From positions 10,380 through 74,379 of the IMG/VR virus record IMGVR_UViG_3300045988_076131: a stretch of 64,000 nt of DNA. The stretch is one strand, 5' to 3'. This document shows, in pieces, positions 1 to 9,178 of this stretch (positions within the stretch are counted from its first letter, which is position 1; each line of letters opens with the position of its first letter). Under the pieces are notes generated by a model. The model ran no database searches and was not told the DNA's origin. It saw only the letters and a program-made list of their open reading frames with translations. Both the position numbers and the translations under genes were made by a program. The DNA comes from a virus.

Positions 1-639
1 TCGCTGTTTGGTGAATGTATTCTCGATGAGGTTTGTACCTCTGACCGGAAAACATACCCGATTATTCTTTTAACCTCTGCGGATACTTTGGTAGGTTTTA
101 CAAAAATTGATGGTTTTGAAGACGCGGAGTGTTCGCTCTTTCCTTCTGCCAAAATGCGTTGTTGGGACAAGTTCTTCAAGCGTGGTGATATTGTGTATAA
201 TCCGCCCAGCCAAATGTACGCTGTATTTGAGTGTTGGGCAAATGATGATTACACGGAGTTTAATACCACAATCAACTACTACAAAGACCACACCTTTGGC
301 GAAGAGGAAGTTTGCGACACAGAATGTTTCGTAAAGGCAAATGATGAACAAAAAACATTGTTTATCGCAGCAGCAGAGAAGCATTACGGCGGCAAATACA
401 ACCCTGAAACGTTGCAAGTAGAGCCTGTTAAGGTTGTTGAACCTAAGTGTTCATTCAAGCCGTTCCAAGAGGTGTTAGTGAGATGCAACGAAGATAGCGT
501 ATGGTGTTGTGAACTCTTCTCTCACTACAACACATTCAATAAGCAATGCCCTTACGTCTGTTTATCAAGTGTCTACAAGTGCTGCATCCCTTATGAGGGC
601 AATCAACATCTGTTAGGCACAACAAACAATTCCAAATAA
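1..639 (+). CDS. hypothetical protein, 5' partial (open from window edge), Cys-rich
   Basis: Frame 1 is open from nt 1 to the stop at 637-639. The track ORF 88..639 is its downstream part. Confidence 0.5.
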   Translation, partial: SLFGECILDEVCTSDRKTYPIILLTSADTLVGFTKIDGFEDAECSLFPSAKMRCWDKFFKRGDIVYNPPSQMYAVFECWANDDYTEFNTTINYYKDHTFGEEEVCDTECFVKANDEQKTLFIAAAEKHYGGKYNPETLQVEPVKVVEPKCSFKPFQEVLVRCNEDSVWCCELFSHYNTFNKQCPYVCLSSVYKCCIPYEGNQHLLGTTNNSK

Positions 640-646
640 CGCTAAT

Positions 647-898
647 ATGGCAAAAGACTTCTCGCTTGCAAATGTTAAGTTCCGCGAGACAGAGCATATC
701 GCTTTTGCGGATGAGTATATCACATCGTATGTGTCAACGGACATCGTGCCCAAAATATACATGAGCGTGCATACTCCTCGTGATGCAACCGGGCTTGTTT
801 CAGGCAAGCCCAAGCGTTACTACCGCACACGATACAGCGCATGGGTAACGGAAAAGACATTTGCCAAGCAATATCAGAAAATAAGAGAAAAATTCTAA
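647..898 (+). CDS. hypothetical protein
   Basis: 83-codon ORF packed 8 nt after the previous stop, same strand as neighbours. Confidence 0.5.
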   Translation: MAKDFSLANVKFRETEHIAFADEYITSYVSTDIVPKIYMSVHTPRDATGLVSGKPKRYYRTRYSAWVTEKTFAKQYQKIREKF

Positions 899-900
899 GT

Positions 901-1455
901 ATGATAAATCTTTCTTTAAATAGACGCGACTTCCTTTATGCGGTTGAGGGCTTCGCAAGAGGCTCGCACCTCCGACAGCATGTTTGGCAGGAGATTGTAT
1001 ATAAGTCAATTCCGCAGATGTCAGACGACGATATGGACTTTCTGTGGTTCTATATGCGACGCAACATCTTCGAGAGATACTTCTACGAGCTGAACGGTAA
1101 GAAGAACACGCATTTCGGCTACGAGGACTTCATGCACGCACTCGCTGCTTTGCACAGAGGAAACCGCTATAAGGTAACATTTTACAGTGAGATAGAGCAC
1201 AAGCAGCTCCAAGCTCTCTGCTACCGCTTCGAAGGCGAATATCATCCGCTTTACCTCTACATTGACGGCAAGATAGTCGGCAAGACGAAGAAAAGCAGCG
1301 GTTTGCAATCGTTCAATGCGTTTGTTCCGAATGAGTGGATAAAGGCAGTTGCAAAGCACAAGACACCCGAAAACAAACACGTAGAACTCGGCAGAGAAGA
1401 ATGGTGGAACGACTTGGAAATTTACGATAATTTTAAAACGACTTACAATGGCTGA
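901..1455 (+). CDS. hypothetical protein
   Basis: Internal ATG at 901, 3 nt after the upstream stop (track ORF 841..1455). Confidence 0.6.
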   Translation: MINLSLNRRDFLYAVEGFARGSHLRQHVWQEIVYKSIPQMSDDDMDFLWFYMRRNIFERYFYELNGKKNTHFGYEDFMHALAALHRGNRYKVTFYSEIEHKQLQALCYRFEGEYHPLYLYIDGKIVGKTKKSSGLQSFNAFVPNEWIKAVAKHKTPENKHVELGREEWWNDLEIYDNFKTTYNG

Positions 1456-1789
1456 TTTTTCAAATGTTAAAGTAGGCGATAAAATTAAGTATTACCCACG
1501 TTGGTGGGGTAACGCTCCGCATTTCGCAACAGTTACAAAGGTAGCGCCAAAACATTTCGAAGATAGCAAGAAAGTCAAATTTCGCAAATCCGATGGTCGG
1601 TGTATTAGTAGCAGTTACATTAATTGTTCAATTGCGACAGAAGAAGATATTGCCGAGTTCAACAGACGTAAACTCCGAGAAAAAATGCTAATGGAGGCAA
1701 GCGTACTTTTGGGCATGGGTAGTTTTAGTCATAAAATCACTGACGAAGACGTGCAAGCGATTTACAACATTATCAACAAATATAGATAA
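1448..1789 (+). CDS. hypothetical protein
   Basis: 113-codon ORF with an 8-nt overlap with the upstream gene. Confidence 0.6.
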   Translation: MADFSNVKVGDKIKYYPRWWGNAPHFATVTKVAPKHFEDSKKVKFRKSDGRCISSSYINCSIATEEDIAEFNRRKLREKMLMEASVLLGMGSFSHKITDEDVQAIYNIINKYR

Positions 1790-1793
1790 CAAT

Positions 1794-2150
1794 ATGATTG
1801 ACAAAATAGATATACGAAAAGCGGCGTCGTCGAAACACAATCCTGCATTTGGAGTCTCTGGCTACTTAGCTGCAAGAACCGCTTTTGCCGCAGGTGTAGA
1901 ATGGTTTAAGAAAGCTCTTTGGCATAGCCAGGATGAAATTCCAGAAGACGGAAGGATAATTCTTGTAAAGGGATGGTATGATTGCAAAAGGTCAGGAGAT
2001 TATATCATAATTAATACTACCGAAGATATAAACTACAGTGATGTTGATCCTGATAGAAAGTTTCAATGGGAGTGCTTTTGTGAACGTGCTGTGACACCTA
2101 TCACATGGTGCTACATAGAGGACTTGCTACCGAAAGGAGGCGAGAAATGA
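1794..2150 (+). CDS. hypothetical protein
   Basis: 118-codon ORF, tightly packed. Confidence 0.6.
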   Translation: MIDKIDIRKAASSKHNPAFGVSGYLAARTAFAAGVEWFKKALWHSQDEIPEDGRIILVKGWYDCKRSGDYIIINTTEDINYSDVDPDRKFQWECFCERAVTPITWCYIEDLLPKGGEK

Positions 2151-2272
2151 AATATGAATTTTATCATACGCTGCCAATACACGGAATCAGCATAAAAGAA
2201 GTAGCCTCCCCAAAGGATTACGGACAGGCGCTTCAAAACTCAAACAGAAGAAGAAAGGGTGCTAATAAATGA
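2147..2272 (+). CDS. small hypothetical protein (41 aa)
   Basis: ATGA start/stop overlaps at both ends (2147-2150 and 2269-2272). Below the ORF-track length cut-off. Confidence 0.35.
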   Translation: MKYEFYHTLPIHGISIKEVASPKDYGQALQNSNRRRKGANK

Positions 2273-2586
2273 TTAAACCAGAAGATTTGCGCATTGGCGA
2301 TATTGTGAAGGTGAAGACGGTATCAGGCGCAGTTAAGTTGTGTATTGTTCAATCTTTAATGCAAGGAGCACGTGGTGCATCCGTTAAAGAGATAAACAAC
2401 GACAATAATGGCTATACTATGGACATTAGCCCTATTCACCTTACTCTTGAACTCCTCGAAAAGAACGGATTTAAGGAGGAGCAGCATCAAAAGGAAGGCG
2501 CTTCGGAATGGTACGACTACTATCATTACGACCTCGGCATTAATATCGTGTACGAGGTCGAAGAAAACAAGTTATGTAGCAGATAA
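2269..2586 (+). CDS. hypothetical protein
   Basis: 105-codon ORF coupled to the upstream mini-ORF. Confidence 0.55.
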   Translation: MIKPEDLRIGDIVKVKTVSGAVKLCIVQSLMQGARGASVKEINNDNNGYTMDISPIHLTLELLEKNGFKEEQHQKEGASEWYDYYHYDLGINIVYEVEENKLCSR

Positions 2587-2611
2587 AGAAAACTACTGGA
2601 ACGGATACACA

Positions 2612-2752
2612 ATGAATGCCATTGTTCAGTTTACTAAGTTTTGGCGTAATCACCGTTTACTAAAAGCTGAACGCGTCATAGAGAAGCATTTTCGTCGTGT
2701 AAATTCTCTGAAATCTGCCAAAATACTCAAACATATAAATAACAATTTATGA
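2612..2752 (+). CDS. small hypothetical protein (46 aa)
   Basis: Internal ATG of track ORF 2408..2752. Its stop overlaps the next start (ATGA at 2749). Confidence 0.3.
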   Translation: MNAIVQFTKFWRNHRLLKAERVIEKHFRRVNSLKSAKILKHINNNL

Positions 2753-3411
2753 AAAAGATAATGTTCAGTGACAAGTACGGTCTCACACAGGCTGTACTCG
2801 AAGGCGGAAAGACCCAGACCAGGCGTATGCTAAATCCTACAATGTTTTTTCAAAAATTGGAGACCTACGAAGGGTGGTCAAATGAGGACATTAGGGCATG
2901 GAAAAGGTCATGTAATAGACGGCTCCACGAAGCCCAAGGAGATACGCTTCAGCAGATGCTTGATTACGCATTGTCGTCTTCACGTTATAAACTTAACGAG
3001 GTGGTAGCTGTGGCGCAAAAATATAAGAATATTGCTTTAGATATGCCAGTAGAACTTGCTGCGGAGTTGATAAAACAACCAGGGTGGAATAACAAGATGT
3101 TTGTCAAGGCAGACCTTATGCCGCACCGCATCCGTATCACCAACATCCGTATTGAACGTTTGCAAGACATCAGCGATGAGGATGTAATACAAGAGGGATT
3201 TAGTAATATCTGCTTTAATAAGAATGTGGGTAACATGCTAAATGAATGGGGCTATGATTTATGTTATTATGATGCTTTTGGCAATTCACAGTCTTTACAT
3301 TCGACAATAGCGAAGGAGGCATATTCCTATCTTATAGCAAAATTATACGGATGGAACTTGTGGGATTTCAACCCTTACGCATTTGTCTACGATTTTGAAC
3401 TTGTAAAATAG
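2749..3411 (+). CDS. ASCH-like (PUA-fold) domain protein
   Basis: The N-terminus MKKIMFSDKYGLTQAVLEGGKTQTRR resembles the ASCH signature (G-x-KT-x-x-R). Confidence 0.5.
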   Translation: MKKIMFSDKYGLTQAVLEGGKTQTRRMLNPTMFFQKLETYEGWSNEDIRAWKRSCNRRLHEAQGDTLQQMLDYALSSSRYKLNEVVAVAQKYKNIALDMPVELAAELIKQPGWNNKMFVKADLMPHRIRITNIRIERLQDISDEDVIQEGFSNICFNKNVGNMLNEWGYDLCYYDAFGNSQSLHSTIAKEAYSYLIAKLYGWNLWDFNPYAFVYDFELVK

Positions 3412-3417
3412 AGCAAT

Positions 3418-3663
3418 ATGGATAGAACAAAGTACATGATAATAGACTGCAAACGCCGTCCACCTAAACGTGATTGCACCGTCCTTCTCTGCAAGGATAG
3501 GTTGACCGACAAGTTTTGTTTTGTCAATACAAGCTCAAAGCACGTTTGCTCATGCCGTTTTGATACGATTAAAGATGCGATAAAGGATTTAGAAAGCCAA
3601 CCAGAGGTTATTTCGTATCGTATTGTCGGGAGTGAGAAGTATCCGCTAAAACCAACAAAATAA
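3418..3663 (+). CDS. hypothetical protein
   Basis: 81-codon ORF, Cys-containing. Confidence 0.5.
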   Translation: MDRTKYMIIDCKRRPPKRDCTVLLCKDRLTDKFCFVNTSSKHVCSCRFDTIKDAIKDLESQPEVISYRIVGSEKYPLKPTK

Positions 3664-3668
3664 ACATT

Positions 3669-4010
3669 ATGAACGAACAAATGAAACAGTACACTGGAAC
3701 TAAGACAGTGAAGGCTATGCCTATGACAATGGGTGAAGCCTACGAGCGCAAGCTCTTGAAAGAGGGCGTAAGACCGTCAGAGTGTGAAACGGAGAAGGCT
3801 TACAAGCCGTCCGAAACACGCCTCGACCGCTTGCGCATTGAGTGTGACGAATTAAGAGCACGTTCAAAGGAACTGGATGCGTATCTGAATGAAGGCTTCG
3901 AAAAAGCTGCCGCAGAGATTGGTCGTTCATTGACTATGCTGCTCGTACTGCAAAGCTCGTACTTGCACAACTACCTGGACGTATTCGAAGCACTCCTTTT
4001 GGAGTGCTGA
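3669..4010 (+). CDS. hypothetical protein
   Basis: 113-codon ORF. Confidence 0.5.
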   Translation: MNEQMKQYTGTKTVKAMPMTMGEAYERKLLKEGVRPSECETEKAYKPSETRLDRLRIECDELRARSKELDAYLNEGFEKAAAEIGRSLTMLLVLQSSYLHNYLDVFEALLLEC

Positions 4011-4080
4011 AAAGAGAAAGAACGTGGATAAATAAACAAATCTCCCAAGTGATAGTGGGAGGGTAAAAAAGAAGAATAAC

Positions 4081-4602
4081 ATGTGGCAGAAAGTATCAGA
4101 AAAGATGCCCGAAATGGGCGTAGAGGTTATTGGATATAACCGAGATTGGGTTGACGAGGATTTTAACCCAAACGGAACAAGAGTGTGTTTCTACGATGAT
4201 ACTGGTTGGTATTCCGCAAAGTGGGACAACGACCAAGACTCGTATAGTACCGTAGGCTGTGCACGGTGTGAATGTTCGGAAGACAACTGCGAATTTAGTA
4301 GTAGTTGTAAGTTAAAGGCAGATCCGACACACTGGATTCCGATGCCAAAAATGGAAGAGGTTGAAATTATCGAACCAGGAAGAGAAGCTGACAAGCTCAC
4401 CAAAATGGCAAAAGCGGTCTACGAAATTGTTGACAATTACAGCGAAAAGAACGAGCTACACTGCCTGGTTCTTATGTCAGACAAAATAGGCGGAGCTTCT
4501 TTTACGATTGGCAGCGAAAGTGCGATAGCCAAAGAGTTTAAGGAACTTACAAAATGCCATGACGCATTTAAAAACATTCTTAATAAATTAAAACAGCTAT
4601 GA
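4081..4602 (+). CDS. DUF551-like phage protein
   Basis: MWQKVSEKMPE... followed by PTHWIPMP resembles the DUF551 pattern (W...P, THWMPLP). Confidence 0.55.
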   Translation: MWQKVSEKMPEMGVEVIGYNRDWVDEDFNPNGTRVCFYDDTGWYSAKWDNDQDSYSTVGCARCECSEDNCEFSSSCKLKADPTHWIPMPKMEEVEIIEPGREADKLTKMAKAVYEIVDNYSEKNELHCLVLMSDKIGGASFTIGSESAIAKEFKELTKCHDAFKNILNKLKQL

Positions 4603-5006
4603 CAATCGAAGAAACAAAAGAACGCATCGCCGTGATGCAGGCGTATGTGGACGGAAAGCAGATACAAGGGATGTGTTCGGATGGTAAATGGGTTGACGTT
4701 CCAGAACCCAGTTGGAGTATTAATGGCAACTTCCGCGTCAAGCCTGAACCCAAGTTCCGCCCGTTTAAGAATGCAGACGAGTGCTGGCAGGAGATGTTGA
4801 AACATGAGCCGTTCGGATGGGTTGTAATAATCGAAAATAATCTTTCAATCAAATACAACATTCAGGCTCTTATACAGAACGGAGTAAAAAGTACGGCTGT
4901 TTTGACTGACGATGTGATGTCAGAAAAGTTCCCATTTGAGGGAGTACTTCAGAAATTCACGTTTGTAGACGGCACACCGTTTGGAATAAAAAAGGAGGAA
5001 GTATGA
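4599..5006 (+). CDS. hypothetical protein
   Basis: 135-codon ORF with an ATGA overlap with the upstream gene. Confidence 0.55.
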   Translation: MTIEETKERIAVMQAYVDGKQIQGMCSDGKWVDVPEPSWSINGNFRVKPEPKFRPFKNADECWQEMLKHEPFGWVVIIENNLSIKYNIQALIQNGVKSTAVLTDDVMSEKFPFEGVLQKFTFVDGTPFGIKKEEV

Positions 5007-5188
5007 TGAAAACAATAGGAGGAACCCTGCTTTTTACAGTGTGTGTATTGTTAGTGGTTGCGATACCCACTATTGTAGGTCTCCGTTTTGGTGCTTTATA
5101 TGGCTTTATCTTATTTCTGATTATAGCTGCAATCTATGGGCTGGTGTTAACCATATATGGAGATAAAATTGAAGATATGTTTTCATGA
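5003..5188 (+). CDS. small membrane protein (2 TM)
   Basis: 61 aa, almost entirely hydrophobic, with an ATGA overlap. Confidence 0.5.
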   Translation: MMKTIGGTLLFTVCVLLVVAIPTIVGLRFGALYGFILFLIIAAIYGLVLTIYGDKIEDMFS

Positions 5189-5373
5189 ACAGAAATAAAA
5201 AATTCACATTAGCAATGCTTTCGGTAGGGCTTGCTTCGGTAGTTTCGGCAGTCAATGCAATAATTAATGCTTATTTCGGTATACAATACTTTTTTGCGTT
5301 ACTGTCAGCGGAATATGTAATCTGCATACTATTGTTAATCAAATCCGATGATAAAACAGAAGATAAATTATGA
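5185..5373 (+). CDS. small membrane protein (2 TM)
   Basis: 62 aa, hydrophobic, with an ATGA overlap. Confidence 0.5.
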   Translation: MNRNKKFTLAMLSVGLASVVSAVNAIINAYFGIQYFFALLSAEYVICILLLIKSDDKTEDKL

Positions 5374-5726
5374 ACAGAGAAATCAAATTCAGAGGCAAAC
5401 GTCTCGACAATGGCGAATGGGTGTATGGCGACTTACTCCACCTTGTAGACGGCGTGTATATAAGCAACGACAACGGATGCAACATGGCGCAGGTAGACCC
5501 CGATACGGTCGGGCAGTACACAGGACTAAAAGACAAAAACGGCAAGGATGTATATGAGGGCGATGTTATAGAAACTTATTCGCATTCGTATATTGTAACG
5601 TGGTTCAAAAGGTCGAGCGCTTTTCTCCTAAAAGAAGATGAGACTGATAACCTTAACGCTTTTACTCCGTCATTGGTGTTACAATCTTCCGATGCTGTTG
5701 TAACAGGCAATATTCACGACAGGTAG
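5370..5726 (+). CDS. YopX family phage protein
   Basis: MNREIKFRGKRLDNGEWVYGDL ... VGQYTGLKDKNGKDVYEGDVIE is the classic YopX signature. Confidence 0.85.
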   Translation: MNREIKFRGKRLDNGEWVYGDLLHLVDGVYISNDNGCNMAQVDPDTVGQYTGLKDKNGKDVYEGDVIETYSHSYIVTWFKRSSAFLLKEDETDNLNAFTPSLVLQSSDAVVTGNIHDR

Positions 5727-5739
5727 AAAGGAGGCTAAT

Positions 5740-5922
5740 ATGCAGGACGTAAAGATAACATTTAGGGTTCGAGTGTCTGACGATGAGAGCCGCGTCATAA
5801 TTACAGAGCCGGCAATGACGCAGCCTATAAGTTTTGATGTCTTCATAGGTATCATCAGAAAACTTGCGGACTTTCAAGAAGAATGGAACGAGGAGCACAA
5901 ATTAGAAAACAAAGAGAAATGA
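5740..5922 (+). CDS. hypothetical protein
   Basis: 60-codon ORF. Confidence 0.4.
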   Translation: MQDVKITFRVRVSDDESRVIITEPAMTQPISFDVFIGIIRKLADFQEEWNEEHKLENKEK

Positions 5923-6095
5923 ATCGTGAAAAATTCTGTTCAACGCCAGCATACAAAAAGCTAAGAAACGAGCTTAATACGCAGCTGTATATTCTTCGTC
6001 ACACAAAAGACAAAGAAGCGAAGAGAGGCGTACAAGCCGAAATAGCACGCTTGAGGAATTTAATGGGAATCAAACCTAAAAACAAAGAACAATGA
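5919..6095 (+). CDS. hypothetical basic protein (58 aa)
   Basis: Internal ATG at 5919 overlapping the upstream stop (ATGA). Confidence 0.4.
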   Translation: MNREKFCSTPAYKKLRNELNTQLYILRHTKDKEAKRGVQAEIARLRNLMGIKPKNKEQ

Positions 6096-6217
6096 CACAA
6101 GAAGAGATTCGGCACATAAAGAAACTGAAAGACGCTGGGTTTGACTGCGGCAGCAGCAGGTCAATGCTCGAAACTATACAGCTCTTGAAACTCTCAAAAG
6201 GAGAAACACGGAAAATT
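6092..6217 (+). CDS. small hypothetical protein (41 aa)
   Basis: ATGA overlap at 6092-6095. Below the track cut-off. Confidence 0.3.
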
Positions 6218-6238
6218 TAATAAAAACAAGCGACAATA

Positions 6239-6376
6239 ATGAAACAGGCAGATTATATCAGACTGACGGCACAGATTGCCGTGCTGAAAGAAATTGCCGT
6301 TGATTACAGCTGCAAGACGATAGACAACATCATACAACAGCTTGAAGCAATTAAAAAGGAGGTAGAGAATGATTAG
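6239..6376 (+). CDS. small hypothetical protein (45 aa, helical)
   Basis: ATG at 6239, with an 8-nt overlap with the next gene. Confidence 0.3.
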   Translation: MKQADYIRLTAQIAVLKEIAVDYSCKTIDNIIQQLEAIKKEVEND

Positions 6377-6749
6377 AGTAAACGCATACCGCTGTTCGCA
6401 CTGCGGAAAGCTGTTTCTTACGGAAATACGTTGCATAAAACATGAGGAAAAGTATTGCAACAAATCTCCTTGCAATATCGCAGCTTGCTATTCGTGCAAG
6501 TGGTACAAAGAAACGGAGCAAACTACGACTATTACAAGGACAGGGGTCAATCCGCTGACAGGGTACGAATACGAATACGGAAAAGAGGTTCGCATAAATC
6601 TATGCTTGAAGCATCACAACGCCAAAATGTTCAACTCGTTTCATGCGTCAGAAGAACTTGTTGAGGATGCTGAGAACGGCGGCTTCCGTATCATGCCGAC
6701 GATGAAAGAAGGATGTTTGGACTATAAAAAGAAAGAAAATGAAGATTAG
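6369..6749 (+). CDS. zinc-finger-like protein
   Basis: Contains CSHCGKLF...CIKHEEKYC plus further Cys pairs. Confidence 0.55.
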   Translation: MIRVNAYRCSHCGKLFLTEIRCIKHEEKYCNKSPCNIAACYSCKWYKETEQTTTITRTGVNPLTGYEYEYGKEVRINLCLKHHNAKMFNSFHASEELVEDAENGGFRIMPTMKEGCLDYKKKENED

Positions 6750-7007
6750 AAAAATAAAGAAGGAGTTTAAGATGCCACTTCGTCCGCTACGAAAAAATAG
6801 AAGCTACAAGGTGGCGAAAAGACTGCGCAAACTATGGGGTATCGGTCCTTTTCCTGATACGATTAGCTACTCGCAAGATATTTGGCAGGGAAAAGCTTTC
6901 CTGCCCTTGTTCTTAACAATAAGGATTGGCAAAAAGCTACACAAGGCATATTTTTCGACCAATTCGCCACTTTTTAACCAGAAACATTAAGTAAAAATCA
7001 AATAACA

Positions 7008-7187
7008 ATGGAAATACTCAAAGAAATCAAAGTTCCTACAGGTGAAATCTACACCGCAAAAGGAGACAAAGGCGCGTTGGAGTTTCTGACAGTAGCCGAC
7101 TACGGAAAAGATGCAAACATCAAAGCCGACTTTCTCAGCATAACAAGAGAGCTGAATGGTGTGCCGAACGGAACACCAATGCCCTAA
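7008..7187 (+). CDS. N-terminal fragment of the radical SAM gene (out of frame with 7199..8017)
   Basis: 59-codon ORF ending at TAA 7185-7187. The downstream radical-SAM frame is already open from 7046 and reads LTEKWVITIST across this stop. Confidence 0.4.
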   Translation: MEILKEIKVPTGEIYTAKGDKGALEFLTVADYGKDANIKADFLSITRELNGVPNGTPMP

Positions 7188-7198
7188 CCGAAAAATGG

Positions 7199-8017
7199 GT
7201 GATAACAATCTCTACACAGTACGGCTGCTCGATGAACTGCAAGTTCTGCGACGTGCCGAAAGTCGGGCCTGGGCGCAACGTAACTCTGAACGACCTGCGC
7301 AACGAGATAACAACGGCGTTAAGTATGCACCCAGAGGTTAACCATACCAAGCGTCTTAACGTACACTATGCGCGCATGGGCGAGCCGACATGGAACGAGG
7401 CTGTAATCGAACACGCACGTTTCTTCTTGCGTGATGATATTATTCCTTACATCGGAAATTCGCTTGTGCATCCTGTAGTAAGCACGATGCTTCCGAAGCA
7501 TAATCGAGGCTTAAAAGACTTCATTCGTGAATGGGTTAGGGTAAAGAATCTCGACTACAACGGAAACGCAGGCTTGCAGTTCTCCATAAACTCTACTGAC
7601 GACTCACAGCGAGAATACCTGTTCTCGGGTAACGCCATGCCATTGAGAGATATTGCAGAACTTGCCGACACACTTGAAACTCCGCGCGGTCGCAAGTACA
7701 CCCTTAACTTCGCACTTGCTGACGACTCAATCATTGACGGCAAGGTGCTTGCTTCGATGTTTGACCCACGCAAGTTTATGTGTAAGATTACACCGCTTCA
7801 CCGAACAAACAGCTGCGAAGCCAACCATATTCAGACAAGTGGCGGCTACGACTCTTTCGTACCGTACAAGAAAGTGGAAGAAGATTTGAAAGCAAACGGA
7901 TTTGATGTAATCGTGTTCGTTCCTTCGTATGACGAGGACAACGGGCTGATTACTTGTGGCAATGCAATCCTGTCCGGCAAGAAGCCGACATCAAGCTACA
8001 AGGAGGTAATATTTTAA
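7199..8017 (+). CDS. radical SAM enzyme, RlmN/Cfr-like (frameshifted from its N-terminus as assembled)
   Basis: Motifs GCSMNCKFCD (CxxxCxxC), ARMGEPTWN, LQFSINSTDDSQRE, CKITPLH and ITCGNAILSG are co-linear with RlmN/Cfr motifs. Confidence 0.8.
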   Translation: MITISTQYGCSMNCKFCDVPKVGPGRNVTLNDLRNEITTALSMHPEVNHTKRLNVHYARMGEPTWNEAVIEHARFFLRDDIIPYIGNSLVHPVVSTMLPKHNRGLKDFIREWVRVKNLDYNGNAGLQFSINSTDDSQREYLFSGNAMPLRDIAELADTLETPRGRKYTLNFALADDSIIDGKVLASMFDPRKFMCKITPLHRTNSCEANHIQTSGGYDSFVPYKKVEEDLKANGFDVIVFVPSYDEDNGLITCGNAILSGKKPTSSYKEVIF

Positions 8018-8031
8018 TCTGACAAACAAAA

Positions 8032-8367
8032 ATGAGCAAAAAGAAAATATACATATCATCACCTATTACAGGCTACAACCTCAACGAGCGACACAAGTTT
8101 TTCGCTCGGATCGAGAAAGAACTGACAATTCTCGGCTACAAGGCAATCAACCCAATGGCTAAGCCGTTGTCCGACTCTGCGCCGTACACGGAACACATGA
8201 AAGAGGACTTACGCCTGCTCCTCGGCTGCGACGGCATCGTCGTACCGAACCGATGGCGCTGCTCGAAAGGCTGTGAAACGGAACGCCGTGTGGCTGACGC
8301 TTGCGGAATACCCGTCGTAGGCGTGATAGGCGAAGCGCACGATTTGCAAATCTTAAACGCGATATAA
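8032..8367 (+). CDS. DUF4406 / nucleoside 2-deoxyribosyltransferase-like protein
   Basis: MSKKKIYISSPITGYNLNERHKFFARIEKELTILGYKAINP matches the DUF4406-type N-terminus. Confidence 0.55.
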   Translation: MSKKKIYISSPITGYNLNERHKFFARIEKELTILGYKAINPMAKPLSDSAPYTEHMKEDLRLLLGCDGIVVPNRWRCSKGCETERRVADACGIPVVGVIGEAHDLQILNAI

Positions 8368-8369
8368 GT

Positions 8370-9116
8370 ATGAGTGCAAGTCAGTTAATAAGCCACACTC
8401 CGAGAATGGCGTATATTATCGCGCCAAGCGTAAAGCAGAAAGAGGAATTGCTAAGGAGCATTGACCGCTATTGTTCGCTGTATTACATCACAATGGGTTC
8501 TGCGTACAACATTGCTCAAACAGCGATGATAGACGCTTACAACGCGATTAAAGATGACAAGAAGCTATACCGTCAGCAGACAAAGCAAAGCATCAACAAG
8601 GCTCTTGCTGCATACAACACATGGGATGCGAAGATGCGCTTTGTCCTCGCCGACCGCTATCAGCTTTGGCTTGACCTATCCGATGCGTCGGAAGCGGAAC
8701 TGAAACCGCTCGTCACAACACTCTATTACTGTATCGACAACTACTTCTTGAAGAACAAGGTGCCGAAAAGTAAGATAATCGCCCGTATGGAGACGGCAAT
8801 GGTGCTGATAGATATTGCTGTAAACCTGTTCAGAAACCTGTTTGACAATATTCAGAAGAAGATAGGAATGGACTTGCGCCAGGCGTTCAACGAAGGCAAC
8901 GCACTGGAGCTGCAACGCAACTGGAACAACGCCATGCAGTCAGTCATAAACACGATACCAGGAATGCCCGACATTGACATCAACGATGATGCGAACAGTG
9001 TTCAGGCGGCGAAGAATATCGTAACGAAAATCTCGAACGAGGGTATCTACGACCGCGCAGGAGAGTATGCGTTACAGGTGAACCCCGAATATAAGCCAGA
9101 GGATTACGGAGGATAG
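8370..9116 (+). CDS. hypothetical protein
   Basis: Internal ATG at 8370, just after the upstream stop (track ORF 8301..9116). Confidence 0.6.
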   Translation: MSASQLISHTPRMAYIIAPSVKQKEELLRSIDRYCSLYYITMGSAYNIAQTAMIDAYNAIKDDKKLYRQQTKQSINKALAAYNTWDAKMRFVLADRYQLWLDLSDASEAELKPLVTTLYYCIDNYFLKNKVPKSKIIARMETAMVLIDIAVNLFRNLFDNIQKKIGMDLRQAFNEGNALELQRNWNNAMQSVINTIPGMPDIDINDDANSVQAAKNIVTKISNEGIYDRAGEYALQVNPEYKPEDYGG

Positions 9117-9127
9117 CTTAATATCAA

Positions 9128-9177
9128 CCGCGCACGGGCAGCAGGAGTGAAATCTTGTTGTCCGTGCGCGGTTTTTT
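9128..9177 (+). terminator. Rho-independent terminator at a convergence point
   Basis: 10-bp perfect stem ccgcgcacgg (9128-9137) / ccgtgcgcgg (9162-9171), followed by T6. Confidence 0.7.
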
Positions 9178-9178
9178 G

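Noticed and set aside
6739-6990. 83-codon plus-strand ORF
   Set aside because: It contains a terminator-like hairpin (ggcagg..cctgcc at ~6886-6908) and its sequence is very basic and low in information. It may be a non-coding spacer before the radical SAM gene. I left it unannotated.
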